From the NCBI GenBank assembly GCA_964602655.1, contig CAZRSF010000004.1, positions 1-37,474 of the forward strand: a stretch of DNA of 37,474 bases, in the 5' to 3' direction. The notes beneath the pieces were generated by a model that saw only the letters and a list, made by a program, of their open reading frames with translations, was not told where the DNA came from and made no database searches. Made by a program: the position numbers and the translations under genes. Positions 27,613-37,408 of the stretch are shown here, piece after piece (within the stretch, counting starts at the first letter, position 1; the number at the start of each line of letters is the position of its first letter). The stretch comes from an uncultured Candidatus Moduliflexus sp. (GTDB lineage: Bacteria > Moduliflexota > Moduliflexia > Moduliflexales > Moduliflexaceae).

Positions 27613-28281
27613 CTATAGATATTCTTTTACACCGCGAAAGGTGACTCGATGAATCGGGCAGGGGCCATGCGCCTTGATGGCGTTACGGTGCTGCTGCGTG
27701 CCGTAGCCTTTATGTCCGGCAAAGCCGTAAGATGGAAATTGCCGGTCGTATTCCTTCATCAGGCGGTCGCGCGTGACCTTGGCGATAATTGACGCCGCCG
27801 CAATCGAGAGACTCAAGCTGTCGCCTTTGATGATGCTGCACTGCGGCATGGGCATTTTCGAGAGTTTGACCGCGTCCAGGAGGAGATAATCCGGCGGGAT
27901 AGGCAGATTGGCGACAGCTTCTTTCATCGCAACATGCGTGGCTTGAAGCACATTGATACGGTCAACGATGTCCGCAGCGGCCATGCCGACGCCGATACTC
28001 AGCGCATGTTCCTGGATGACTGCAAAGAGTCTCTCGCGTTGATGCGGCGTCAGTTGTTTGGAATCGTTGATTTCGGCGTGCATCCAATCGCGCGGCAGGA
28101 TGACCGCCGCGGCGACCACCGGCCCGGCAAGGCAACCGCGTCCGGCTTCATCAAGCCCGGCGACAGCGGTCGCGCCCTGCTGATACGCATAGCGTTCGTA
28201 GCGCAACATACGCTCCATACGGTCAGCTTCGTTTTGCGGCGTTAAAAATCGGTCAGGAAATATGAGTTGGCGACGAGACAT
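27613..28281 (-). CDS. rnhB: Ribonuclease HII
   Basis: Active-site motif AGLDEAGRGCLAGPVVAAAVIL. RNase HII length and conserved C-terminal region. Confidence 0.9.
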   Translation of the reverse strand: MSRRQLIFPDRFLTPQNEADRMERMLRYERYAYQQGATAVAGLDEAGRGCLAGPVVAAAVILPRDWMHAEINDSKQLTPHQRERLFAVIQEHALSIGVGMAAADIVDRINVLQATHVAMKEAVANLPIPPDYLLLDAVKLSKMPMPQCSIIKGDSLSLSIAAASIIAKVTRDRLMKEYDRQFPSYGFAGHKGYGTQQHRNAIKAHGPCPIHRVTFRGVKEYL

Positions 28282-28660
28282 AACAATAAAAGTACCGGCA
28301 GGGCTTAGGTTCTCAATATCGCTCGTGGTGAGCCTGCCGAATCATGAACGCCGTTCCTCTTCGACAAGCTCAGGCAAATGAAAAAATCCTGTAAACTCTA
28401 CAGAGCTTAACAGTCCCGGGGGGCCTTTTTAATTAGGCGGCAAGGATGCTGGAAGAAATTAATACACAGTGCTGGAAATAATTACACACTTCATGGCAGG
28501 GTTTTGTGTACTTATTTACGAAACTCAGTACTAATATCATCTGTCTTGTCCGTCTTTCATGAATTTAGATACTTTTGTTGAGTAATTTCTTGCAGAAAGT
28601 TAAGCGGAAGACTCAGTAAGCGTTAAAGTCGTCTCCACATATGTCTTTGAAATGCCGGGA

Positions 28661-29815
28661 TCAGGTCATCGAGCGCTTCAGCACTTCAATGCAGCATTCT
28701 ACATCATAGGCGGTGGTAAATGACGAGGTGCTCGCCCTTACAGTTCCCCCAGAAGCGACAGTTCCAAGAAATCGGTGTGCCCATGGCGCACAGTGGATAC
28801 CAGCACGGACAGCGATATCCTTCGCGCCCAATGCTGCTTCTGTGATTTTGGGGTTTATATCCCCGACAGCAAAAGAAAGAGTACTCCACCATGGAACGCC
28901 ATTAGGAGGAGCGTACACTTTTACAGCGGGCAATTTCTCCAGTTCATTACGTAATTGAGCAGCAGATTCCATCGCATGGGTCACAATCGCATTGCGTCCT
29001 TTTTTTTGAAGCCACTCCAATGCAGCCTTGAGTCCGGCAATAGACCAGATGTTATGACTACCAGCCTCGTATGACGAAGGCACATCATCGGGCATGGCAA
29101 TGCTTTCGGAAAACGTCCCTGTGCCACCATAAAACAGGTGAGCTGGCCGCCATGTGTCGGCAAGTACCAATCCAGCAGCTCCATATGGCCCATATAGTGA
29201 CTTGTGGCCGGCAAAGATAAGCGCATCTATCAATCCCACATTCAACGGCAACGGAAATAGACCAGCCGCCTGTGCACCATCAACAATCACAACAGTATGT
29301 GGGTTGTTATTCTTCGCCATTTTTGCGATTTCAATGACCGGGGGCATGACCCCGCATACGTTACTAGCCTGGGTTATGCAGACCAAAGCAGGTCGTTCTC
29401 CCTGAAACATTGCTTCCAAACGGTCCAACTGGCAGGAATAAGAACTCTGATCGAAAGGTATCTCGCGTACAATAATGCCAATTTTATTCCGTAAAAACTC
29501 TATTGGACGTAAAACCGCATTATGCTCAAAGGGCGTGACGTAAACCACATCGCGCGCCTGAAGTGAAACGCCCTGAATGGCAATGTTGAGTGAAATCGTG
29601 GCTGAGGGGGTAAAAATGATTCGTTCAGGCGAAAGAGCGCCCAACCACTCAGCCAGCAAGGCACGCGTTTCTTCAAGCAATTGCGCACCTTTGCGCGCCA
29701 TAGGACTCCCGCCGCGTCCGGCATTGCCACCATAACGTCTGTAAAATTCGTCGGCAGCCTGATAGACACACTCCGGTTTTGGGAAAATAGTAGCTGTGTT
29801 ATCAAGATAAACCAT
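28661..29815 (-). CDS. Class V aminotransferase-fold PLP enzyme, cysteine desulfurase-like (NifS/SufS-type)
   Basis: MVYLDNTATIFP start. PLP-lysine region FAGHKSLYGP. Catalytic-cysteine loop VRAGIHCAPWAH resembles the SufS/CsdA RxGHHCA motif. Confidence 0.75.
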   Translation of the reverse strand: MVYLDNTATIFPKPECVYQAADEFYRRYGGNAGRGGSPMARKGAQLLEETRALLAEWLGALSPERIIFTPSATISLNIAIQGVSLQARDVVYVTPFEHNAVLRPIEFLRNKIGIIVREIPFDQSSYSCQLDRLEAMFQGERPALVCITQASNVCGVMPPVIEIAKMAKNNNPHTVVIVDGAQAAGLFPLPLNVGLIDALIFAGHKSLYGPYGAAGLVLADTWRPAHLFYGGTGTFSESIAMPDDVPSSYEAGSHNIWSIAGLKAALEWLQKKGRNAIVTHAMESAAQLRNELEKLPAVKVYAPPNGVPWWSTLSFAVGDINPKITEAALGAKDIAVRAGIHCAPWAHRFLGTVASGGTVRASTSSFTTAYDVECCIEVLKRSMT

Positions 29816-29969
29816 TTTTTTCCTTTTTAAAAGAGATTAATCGCAAACCAAAACCATTCGCCGTCGCATATCCAGCCGATCAATGCCAATCCCTAAATGA
29901 TCGATACAAGCAGGGCAGCGTGACATCGTCACATTCGCAAACTGGGACTGAACATTGGTACTATCGGCT

Positions 29970-30890
29970 TTATGATTTCTTTTTCATCCCATCTAATAAC
30001 TTTTTGGCAATAGCGGGTTCCACATAGATTATTTCTTTTCCTTTTCGAAGACTGTCGAGGACATTCCCAAGACGGATCGCCTTGAACGCATTGCATATGA
30101 GTCGGGGACTTAAATGAATAAATTCTTTGTCTGGATACTCTCTAATCATTCTATGGTAGAAACCGATCTCTGATCCGATGACGAATTTCTTGTTATGTAA
30201 TTTCCCTATGAGATTAGCCATTTCACCAGTTCCCACTGAGTAATCTGCCATATCTACAACTTCAGGCTTGGCTTCGGAATGCACCAGGAGACAACCATCC
30301 GGGTGTTCTCTTCTGACCCTTTCGACATCCGATGTGTCTATAGAATTATAAACATTGCAAAATGGATTTCCAGGATAGGGAATCACCTTTTTTTTGCATT
30401 TTTGAATGGCATGTAATGCGCAGTTGCCATCCCCTACGAAGAGCACCTCAGGCGCATCGACACGATTTATTGTCGAGACCACTTCTCCAGGCAGTGCAAA
30501 AAAATCCGCGAGAGACTTCACTTCTAAAGGCGCTACCGCATAGCACACCATAGGTACACCAGGATGATCCCGTTTGAACTCCTGAATTTTTTCAAAGATT
30601 AAGTTCTTATGATTAGCTACGGGACATTCGGCTAACGTCGGCACATAAACTGTCAACTCACGATCGGACAAAAGCATTCGTGCCGTTTCCGCAAAGAATG
30701 TAGGACCGAGTACCATAATATCTTTTTTATCATCAGGAAGGTTCATGATCCCTTCGAAGAATCCCCGACTATCGGATAGGCTGTCAGCGACAGGCTGTAC
30801 CTCTTCAGGTGTGTAGGAATGCCCGATGATTCGGATGTTTTTCTCTCTCTTGAGAGAGATGATTTTTTCTACAAGTTCTCTGTTTTCCAT
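29970..30890 (-). CDS. nadA: Quinolinate synthase A
   Basis: Collinear similarity to NadA, e.g. IIGHSYTPEEVQPVAD, FMAETA, PDGCLLVHSEAKPEVVDMADYSVGT, FVIGSEIGFYHRMIREYPDKEF. SD GAAGGA. AT-rich gene. Confidence 0.85.
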   Translation of the reverse strand: MENRELVEKIISLKREKNIRIIGHSYTPEEVQPVADSLSDSRGFFEGIMNLPDDKKDIMVLGPTFFAETARMLLSDRELTVYVPTLAECPVANHKNLIFEKIQEFKRDHPGVPMVCYAVAPLEVKSLADFFALPGEVVSTINRVDAPEVLFVGDGNCALHAIQKCKKKVIPYPGNPFCNVYNSIDTSDVERVRREHPDGCLLVHSEAKPEVVDMADYSVGTGEMANLIGKLHNKKFVIGSEIGFYHRMIREYPDKEFIHLSPRLICNAFKAIRLGNVLDSLRKGKEIIYVEPAIAKKLLDGMKKKS

Positions 30891-31075
30891 ATAAATTCCT
30901 TCGGTTTAGTTACGAAACCATTCCCTCACAAAATTTGTCGCATTTCGACTCACCAACAGACTTTTTAACACTCTCTGGAAATACAGAGCCTCATCTCCCA
31001 TCTTTGCCGAATTCTACGAGTGAATCTGGTAATCCACGAATAAAAGCACGATAAAAACCTTAAAATTTAAAGAAT

Positions 31076-31118
31076 ATAGCCCCCACAGGCAAGAACTTAG
31101 CAGTCCTGTGGGGGCTAT
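31076..31118 (-). terminator. Rho-independent terminator of rplS (14-bp perfect stem ATAGCCCCCACAGG / CCTGTGGGGGCTAT followed by a U-run)
   Basis: Perfect inverted repeat 19 nt after the rplS stop. On the minus strand it is followed by AUUCUUUAAAUUUUA. Confidence 0.7.
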
Positions 31119-31137
31119 AGCAGGGTTTCAACGCAGT

Positions 31138-31518
31138 TTAAATCGCTACAGCAGCCTTCGCTTTTGGCGTGTCCATAAAACGGCGTTCTTTGATACGCGC
31201 GTCTTTACCGCGTTTTTTGCGCAGATAATACAATTTGGCGCGACGCACTTTACCGCGACGAAGCACTTCGATTTGGGCGACATTCGGCGAATATAATGGA
31301 AAAATACGTTCCACTCCGACGCCGAATGACATTTTACGAACGGTAAAGGTGGAGCGTTTCATGCCGCGTCGTTTGCGGATGACCACCCCTTCGAACATCT
31401 GGATGCGTTCTTTGCCGCGTTCCCGCACTTTTACATGAATTTTAACCGTATCTCCCGGGCGAAAATCAGGGAGATCGGTGCGCATTTGCTCTCGATCAAT
31501 GGCTTCTATCAATGTCAT
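31138..31518 (-). CDS. rplS: 50S ribosomal protein L19
   Basis: [29 protein letters not shown]...FTVRK...[11 protein letters not shown]...RRAKLYYLR aligns to bacterial L19. SD AAAGGGGAAG. Confidence 0.95.
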   Translation of the reverse strand: MTLIEAIDREQMRTDLPDFRPGDTVKIHVKVRERGKERIQMFEGVVIRKRRGMKRSTFTVRKMSFGVGVERIFPLYSPNVAQIEVLRRGKVRRAKLYYLRKKRGKDARIKERRFMDTPKAKAAVAI

Positions 31519-31696
31519 GGTTTTCTTCCCCTTTCATTAAAGTACGTATTATCGCAACGACGCTTGTTTTCCGGCGGTTGTCATAGACAATCTTCAAAAA
31601 ACATCATGTCCGATAATACAGTTCTTCTGTCTGTGATGTTTGCCGACTGTTCGGCTCGTGTGCAGAGCGCAAACGGGATGTTTGCGATGCATCGGA

Positions 31697-32386
31697 TCAT
31701 ACGTCACGCGCAAAAAGACGATCAATCATGATTGCCGCTGCGCTGCGCACGGACAGGTGATTGTAATCCCCAAGTCCGCGAATAGGTTCCAACACAACAT
31801 CGCCATGCGTCTTGATACATTCCGTCTCAAGGCCATATCCCGTGCCGAGCACGATCAGATAGGGCGTGGCAATGTTTTCCTTCATCGTGATTCCGGCGTC
31901 CTTGAAACGCCATAACGGCTTCTGACACAACTCAGCCACATATTCCCGCGCGCTGGTAATAACCACCGTCGGTTTCGCACCGCATTTTTCGTGGAGCTGC
32001 CGAATCACGTCTGCTAATGAATCCGCTAAATAGGTCGTGGCAAATGCCACCTGCCGCGTTTGATTATATTGGCTGCCGAAGCCTTCCACCCAGTGTTTGA
32101 TGATGCGTCGGCAGAGTTCCTGCTGCGAAATCAGCGGCGTGACCATGTAATAGCCGCCTAAATCATACGTGCGCACCAAACGCGAAATATCGTGAATATC
32201 ATGATTCGTAATCGAAGTGGATACGACATCGCCGTTTTTATCGAACACCGGATAATGGACTAATGCGACGCTAATATTCGAATACACGTTGTTCTTCCCC
32301 GACGCGCTATCTGCGTTGTCGTTCACGATTGCAATAAATCCGGCCGGCGTTGTTTCGTGCGCAGCAACGCCTGCTCTTGTCGCCAT
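31697..32386 (-). CDS. Putative SPOUT-superfamily (SpoU/TrmL-like) RNA methyltransferase inserted between trmD and rplS
   Basis: SpoU-like motif order: ...[16 protein letters not shown] (motif 1-like), [12 protein letters not shown] (motif 2) and [22 protein letters not shown] (motif 3, SLNvsvAAaI-like). The ATG at 32386 overlaps trmD by 64 bp. An in-frame GTG at 32287 with SD GGGGAAG would avoid the overlap. Confidence 0.45.
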   Translation of the reverse strand: MATRAGVAAHETTPAGFIAIVNDNADSASGKNNVYSNISVALVHYPVFDKNGDVVSTSITNHDIHDISRLVRTYDLGGYYMVTPLISQQELCRRIIKHWVEGFGSQYNQTRQVAFATTYLADSLADVIRQLHEKCGAKPTVVITSAREYVAELCQKPLWRFKDAGITMKENIATPYLIVLGTGYGLETECIKTHGDVVLEPIRGLGDYNHLSVRSAAAIMIDRLFARDV

Positions 32387-33006
32387 TCTTCAATGTGTTT
32401 GTGATGACCGGACAACAGCACGTCCGGTACGGTCATACCGCGAAATTCCGCCGGACGGGTATAATGCGGATAATCCAACAGCCCGTCGTAAAACGAATCG
32501 CTGATGACAGATTGCGCATTTCCGACAACATCGGGAATCATACGCGACACGACATCAATCACGACCATTGAGGCGAGTTCGCCTCCAGTCATGACATAAT
32601 CGCCAATTGAGATTTCCTGATGCACTAACACAATCCGCACGCGCTCGTCCACATCCTCGTAATGACCGCATAACAGAATCAATTCTTCATGAGTTGCGAG
32701 CGATCTGGCGAGATTCTGCGTCAATGTTTCGCCCTGCGGCGTCAAATAGACCACATGTGGCGCAGTCAACTGATGCGCAGCAATCACATGTTCGACGGCC
32801 AGAAAAATCGGCTCCGGCTTCATGACCATCCCGCCGCCGCCGCCATACGGAACATCGTCTGTCGTATTGTGCTTATCCTGCGCGAAATCCCGAATGTTAT
32901 ACAGATGCACCTCAATCAAATTCCGGTCAATCGCCCGTTTCAGCATGCTATGCTGCAACATGCCATCAAACATGCCTGGAAATAAGGTCAGCACAAAGAC
33001 TTTCAT
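32323..33006 (-). CDS. trmD: tRNA (guanine37-N1)-methyltransferase
   Basis: Start re-picked at [13 protein letters not shown] (ATG 33006), one nt after the rimM stop. TrmD motifs YGGGGGMVM and [11 protein letters not shown]. Confidence 0.9.
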   Translation of the reverse strand: MKVFVLTLFPGMFDGMLQHSMLKRAIDRNLIEVHLYNIRDFAQDKHNTTDDVPYGGGGGMVMKPEPIFLAVEHVIAAHQLTAPHVVYLTPQGETLTQNLARSLATHEELILLCGHYEDVDERVRIVLVHQEISIGDYVMTGGELASMVVIDVVSRMIPDVVGNAQSVISDSFYDGLLDYPHYTRPAEFRGMTVPDVLLSGHHKHIEEWRQEQALLRTKQRRPDLLQS

Positions 33007-33007
33007 G

Positions 33008-33532
33008 CTACAGATCAAGCAAACCGTCAATCGGACGAACAATAATTTTATTGAGTTCCCGGTCAACCGTCATCACAATTTCTTTGATCGAAGGAATCAG
33101 GAATTCTTTGTCCTCACGGCGCGCAACATAGACATCATGGCTGCCGGTTTCGATAATATCCGTCACCTTGCCGAGGTATTCGCCTTGCTCGGTATATACG
33201 TCAGCGTCGAGAATTTCATAGTGATAATAGACTCCTTCCGGTAGTTCCGGCGAAGTCTCGACCGCTAACGAGCTTCCAACCAACCGCTCAGACTGTTCGA
33301 CCGACGTATATTCCTCAAAATAGAGGAAGGCACACCCATGATGATAGCGCGCGCGCTCAAGCTTGAGCAGTTGGACGCGTCCATCGGGCAGTATGGCATG
33401 TACGCTGTCAAGGTGTTCGAATCGATCAGGGATATCGGTGAGAGGCAACACCTTCACTTCTCCGCGAATCCCTCGCGTTTTAACGATCTTCCCAATGGTA
33501 ATCCATTCGGTTCGGTGCTCTGTCTGTTTCAC
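33008..33532 (-). CDS. rimM: Ribosome maturation factor RimM
   Basis: N-terminal [22 protein letters not shown]-barrel C-terminal domain. Conserved position between the KH gene and trmD. Confidence 0.9.
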   Translation of the reverse strand: MKQTEHRTEWITIGKIVKTRGIRGEVKVLPLTDIPDRFEHLDSVHAILPDGRVQLLKLERARYHHGCAFLYFEEYTSVEQSERLVGSSLAVETSPELPEGVYYHYEILDADVYTEQGEYLGKVTDIIETGSHDVYVARREDKEFLIPSIKEIVMTVDRELNKIIVRPIDGLLDL

Positions 33533-33629
33533 GTGGTTCCCTATCTTTTTACGGACACCGTCAAAAACGCGAACTCCCCTTCGAAGAACTGTCAGGGGAG
33601 ATCACATACGTGAAAGATGACCAGCAACG

Positions 33630-33860
33630 TTATTCCAAAATTTCAAGAACGGTTCGTTTGTCCATCTTTGCGCTGGACGCGTTGAGAATCGTGCGGATGG
33701 CATGAGCGGTGCGCCCTTGCTTGCCGATCACTTTTCCCATATCTTCTTTGGCAACGCGCAATTCAAGAATACGGGTCTGTTCTCCTTCCACTTCTTTCAC
33801 ATCTACGAGTTCAGGATGATCCACTAACGAACGCACAATCGTTGCAATCAAGTCTTTCAT
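33630..33860 (-). CDS. KH-domain RNA-binding protein (YlqC/UPF0109 family)
   Basis: 76 aa with the [20 protein letters not shown] motif. Canonical position between rpsP and rimM. Confidence 0.85.
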   Translation of the reverse strand: MKDLIATIVRSLVDHPELVDVKEVEGEQTRILELRVAKEDMGKVIGKQGRTAHAIRTILNASSAKMDKRTVLEILE

Positions 33861-33889
33861 GCCGTGTCCCTCCAGGCGATGATCGAGTG

Positions 33890-34183
33890 TTAGGCTGCTG
33901 CGGCTTCGGTTGTTGCTGCTCTCTCGCTCTGTTTTTCCGATCTGGGCAAAATATTATTTTTTTTCAGCAGCGAAGCAACAGTATCGGTCGGTTGACCGCC
34001 GTTATTCAGCCAATATCGGATGCGATCTTCTTTTAATGTCACTTCCGCTGGATTTTTCAACGGATTATATGTTCCGACAGTTTCAAGAAATTTTCCGTCC
34101 CGCGGAGCGGTTGAATTTGCCACAACAATACGATAAAAAGGTTTTTTCTTTGCGCCGATACGTTTCAGTCGTAATTTTACCAC
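33890..34183 (-). CDS. rpsP: 30S ribosomal protein S16
   Basis: Start re-picked at GTG 34183, which gives [22 protein letters not shown] (the canonical S16 N-terminus) with a perfect SD GGAGGAG 5 nt upstream. The ORF-track 17-aa N-terminal extension has no RBS. Confidence 0.9.
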   Translation of the reverse strand: MVKLRLKRIGAKKKPFYRIVVANSTAPRDGKFLETVGTYNPLKNPAEVTLKEDRIRYWLNNGGQPTDTVASLLKKNNILPRSEKQSERAATTEAAAA

Positions 34184-34294
34184 GATAACTCCTCCGTCAT
34201 CATTGTGAGATGTTCCGGTCTGCTGCTTCAACAAACACTGGAACAGGTTTAGGTCTCATGAATGCCTGCGCTGCGCCGACATTCCTCTGTCAGT

Positions 34295-35644
34295 TTAAAA
34301 CGGCCTCGTCCCGCGTGAAAACCGTTTCGGCATGTGCCGAAAACGCTTTCCTCCGCTTTCAGTCAGCTTTTTCATTAATTTTCGCGCTTGATCGAACTGT
34401 CGTAAGAGATTATTGACATCCCGAATATCCGTGCCGCTGCCCTTGGCGATGCGCTGTTTGCGTTTGCTGTTAATCAGGCGCGCATCAAGGCGTTCTTTCG
34501 GCGTCATCGAACTAATCATCGCCTCTAATCGGGAAAATTGTTTTTCGTCAACCTGCAAATCTTTTAAGGCGGCTTTATTCACGCCCGGCAGCATGCCTAA
34601 TAGCTGGTCAATCGGGCCCATCTGGCGCACCTGGCGCAATTGGTCACGGAAGTCATCCAACGAAAAACTTTGATCGCGAATTTTTCGTTCTAATTCTTCG
34701 GCTTTTTTCTCGTCCATCGCTTTTTCGACTTTTTCGATGAATGAGAGTACGTCGCCCATGCCTAAAATGCGAGACGCCATCCGTTCCGGATGAAAGAGTT
34801 CGAGTTGGTCTAATTTTTCGCCGACGCCGATGAATTTGATTGGCCGATTAGTCACCGCTTTAATCGAAAGCGCCGCTCCGCCACGCGCGTCGCCGTCCAT
34901 TTTCGTTAAAATCACGCCGGAAATATCCAAATCTTTGTTGAACTGCTCGGCCACCGTCACCGCGTCCTGACCGGTCATCGCGTCTGCGACGAACAGCACT
35001 TCTTTCGGCGATAACAGCCCTTTCAGGTCGCGAAGTTCCTGCATCAACGCCTGATCGATATGGAGGCGTCCGGCCGTATCCACGAGCATGACATCAAAGC
35101 CTTCGGATTTGGCTTTTTGATGCGCCATCTGGCAAATCTTGCGCGGGTCTTTTTCTTGCAAGTCAGCGAAGACATCAAGCCCTAATTGCTGTCCCAACAC
35201 CTGCAATTGCGTAATAGCTGCCGGACGGTAAACATCGGCAGCGACCATTAGGGGTTTATGGTGGTCTTTGGACAACATGCTCGATAGTTTGCCGACAGAT
35301 GTCGTTTTTCCCGAACCTTGCAAACCAACAAGCATAATGACGGTTGGCGATGTCTCTGCAAAGGTTAAACCGACATATTCTTTCCCCATCAATTCTGTCA
35401 ATTCTTCATTGACCACTTTCACAAGCTGCTGGCCTGGCGTGAGGCTTTTCAGCACTTCTCGCCCAACAGAGCGAATACGGACACGCTCCACAAAATCTTT
35501 GACCACATGAAAGTTGACATCCGCCTCTAATAAGGCCATGCGAACGTCTTTGAGCGCGATCTTAATATTCTGCTCGCTTAACTTGCCATGGCCGCGAAGC
35601 GTTTTAAAGGCTGATTGTAATTTGTCGGCTAAACTATCGAACAT
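34295..35644 (-). CDS. ffh: Signal recognition particle protein Ffh
   Basis: N domain, GTPase motifs GLQGSGKTTS, DTAGR and TKMDGD, and a Met-rich M domain. 449 aa. Confidence 0.95.
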   Translation of the reverse strand: MFDSLADKLQSAFKTLRGHGKLSEQNIKIALKDVRMALLEADVNFHVVKDFVERVRIRSVGREVLKSLTPGQQLVKVVNEELTELMGKEYVGLTFAETSPTVIMLVGLQGSGKTTSVGKLSSMLSKDHHKPLMVAADVYRPAAITQLQVLGQQLGLDVFADLQEKDPRKICQMAHQKAKSEGFDVMLVDTAGRLHIDQALMQELRDLKGLLSPKEVLFVADAMTGQDAVTVAEQFNKDLDISGVILTKMDGDARGGAALSIKAVTNRPIKFIGVGEKLDQLELFHPERMASRILGMGDVLSFIEKVEKAMDEKKAEELERKIRDQSFSLDDFRDQLRQVRQMGPIDQLLGMLPGVNKAALKDLQVDEKQFSRLEAMISSMTPKERLDARLINSKRKQRIAKGSGTDIRDVNNLLRQFDQARKLMKKLTESGGKRFRHMPKRFSRGTRPF

Positions 35645-35723
35645 AACACAGTCTTTCGGGTTGAAATCTGCTCAAAATCCTTTATTCATGGGATAGACAG
35701 CTATTTTCACAAAATGCGTGTCA

Positions 35724-35752
35724 CACTGTATGGTTGGCCTGGAAATTGTCAA
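35724..35752 (-). promoter_or_regulatory. Candidate sigma70-type promoter for ffh (TTGACA-17 nt-TACAGT on the minus strand)
   Basis: Hexamers read on the minus strand about 80-110 nt upstream of the ffh ATG. Spacing is 17 nt. Confidence 0.3.
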
Positions 35753-35856
35753 GAGGAAAATCAATCTTGTGCGAGACGTATCGCGGACTGGACTACAGCG
35801 CAGGGGAAAGCATCCCCCGCGCGATGATCGAGACCTTCTTTCTCCTCTGCCTGAAT

Positions 35857-36783
35857 TTAGAGATCGATAATGTATTTCATCGGGTTCGTGGCAACGCCGC
35901 CGACCCTGACTTCATAGTGCAGATGCGAGCCGGTGCTGCTGCCGGTGTTGCCGACATACGCAACGACTTCGCCGCGCTTGACCTTCTCGCCGACCTTTTT
36001 GTCTAATTTGGAACAATGGCCGTAAAATGTCTGATAACCGTACCCATGATCAATCACAAGCACTAAGCCATACGCGCCTTTTCTGTCGGAATAGGACACC
36101 ACGCCGTCTGCGGGCGCGGCAATCGGCGTCCCGGTTTTGGTCGAAATATCAATCCCGGCGTGCATGGATTGACGTCCGGTAAACGGCGATTTGCGCTTGC
36201 CGAAACCGGAGGTAAGCCATCCGCGTACCGGCCAGACTGATGGGGTTGACGCTAACAATGTGTGCTGATCCTGGAAAAATTCCATCAATCGTTGAGATTG
36301 CTCTTCCTGATCAATGGCGGCGTTTTTCAACTTCTCCAAATTGGCAATTTTTTCCGTCATGCTTTCTTCGCTTTTTTGGTCGAAGCTTTCGACCATGCCG
36401 ATAATATCGGACGAATCTTCGCCCCCCATGCCGAGATTGATTTCATTTCCTATCGGATTTTCCACGCCTGCCATCAACATCAATTTCGCATTCACCAGCT
36501 TCAAACGCGACACCATCTGGCGTAGCTCTGTGGTATCTTTCTCATATTGTTCGATCAGATTCTTCTGTTCTCGCGTTACTTTTCTGGCAACGGGAAGTTC
36601 CTGAATCGTCTGTTTCATCGTCTGATAGCGCGTCACCATAAAATAGGACGTCGCTGCGCCGACGATAACTACCACCAGCGCGAGCGCCAGCGCTCCTCGC
36701 GTCAAAAGATACGGCACTTTAACCTGTCGAAAGTGCGAGGTGGCATCAGGTACGATAATTAAGGTAAAATATTTTTTTGACAT
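35857..36783 (-). CDS. M23-family peptidase (LytM/NlpD/EnvC-like) with N-terminal transmembrane anchor and coiled coil
   Basis: C-terminal HxxxD/HxH motifs GIDISTKTGTPI ... GSHLHYEV. Coiled-coil region 60-200. Strong SD GAAGGAGAG. Confidence 0.85.
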   Translation of the reverse strand: MSKKYFTLIIVPDATSHFRQVKVPYLLTRGALALALVVVIVGAATSYFMVTRYQTMKQTIQELPVARKVTREQKNLIEQYEKDTTELRQMVSRLKLVNAKLMLMAGVENPIGNEINLGMGGEDSSDIIGMVESFDQKSEESMTEKIANLEKLKNAAIDQEEQSQRLMEFFQDQHTLLASTPSVWPVRGWLTSGFGKRKSPFTGRQSMHAGIDISTKTGTPIAAPADGVVSYSDRKGAYGLVLVIDHGYGYQTFYGHCSKLDKKVGEKVKRGEVVAYVGNTGSSTGSHLHYEVRVGGVATNPMKYIIDL

Positions 36784-37245
36784 AGCTCTCCTTCGCCTGC
36801 GACAACATGCAAACCTTTAGACTAACATGGTCACAGAGACCTGGAAGAAATCATGAATTTTCAAGTGGTTATGATAACATGCAGGTATGCTGAATCATAC
36901 TCGTATTTTTAGCAAATCTGTCAAGTTTTTAACGATTTTTCTCTTGCGGCAAAATGTAAAGAGGAGAATAACGACACGAAAAGAATGGGTTTGTGGGCAA
37001 AGACCTCTGCGTCGCACACACGTAAAGATAAATAACAAAAAAGTATTTTTAATAAATCAATTTTACAAAAATGTGAAAAATTTTATGTGGCTGAATGACT
37101 TTTTTCTTTCGCTGACGTTTCTGCATAGCGGTATCAACGAAAATTTTGAGATGACGCCATCCGCTGAATTTAAAGGCATCACAGGGAGAATACGAAATTG
37201 TACACGGCATAATAGTGTCGAGATATTGTCTCAAGAGGAGGTGGT

Positions 37246-37261
37246 TGGCATGATGATTGTA
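37246..37261 (+). promoter_or_regulatory. Sigma-54-like -24/-12 element TGGCATGATGATTGTA about 150 bp upstream of glnA
   Basis: Matches TGGCAC-N5-TTGCW at 13 of 16 positions (GG conserved, GC to GT at -12). glnA is a classical sigma-54 target in many bacteria. Overlaps a 4-codon SD-preceded mini-ORF. Confidence 0.25.
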
Positions 37262-37408
37262 TAAAGTACAATGCAAGCGAGAACGTCATTATGGGGCGTG
37301 GTGGAAGATACATCAAGCCATCTTCATAAAATAATAACACATCCTCTACAAGGGAGGTTAGTGCGCGATTGGGCAACATGTCGCAACCGGGCGCTTACCT
37401 GAGAACAC

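Noticed and set aside
28400-28440. Possible terminator CCCGGGGGGCCTTTTT in the AT-rich spacer upstream of rnhB
   Set aside because: No convincing stem-loop can be drawn (the G-run lacks a complementary arm), and no plus-strand gene ends here.
31105-31135. tRNA-Ala-like 5' end GGGGCTATAGC
   Set aside because: Sequence diverges from tRNA immediately after the acceptor/D-stem start, with no T-loop GTTCGA or CCA context. It is the right arm of the rplS terminator hairpin plus the rplS C-terminal codons.
36887-37264. 125-aa plus-strand ORF in the AT-rich glnA upstream region
   Set aside because: Lys/Asn/Phe-rich translation of AT-rich DNA with a weak RBS. Only its last four codons are preceded by a real SD. 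Treated as non-coding with a possible mini-ORF.
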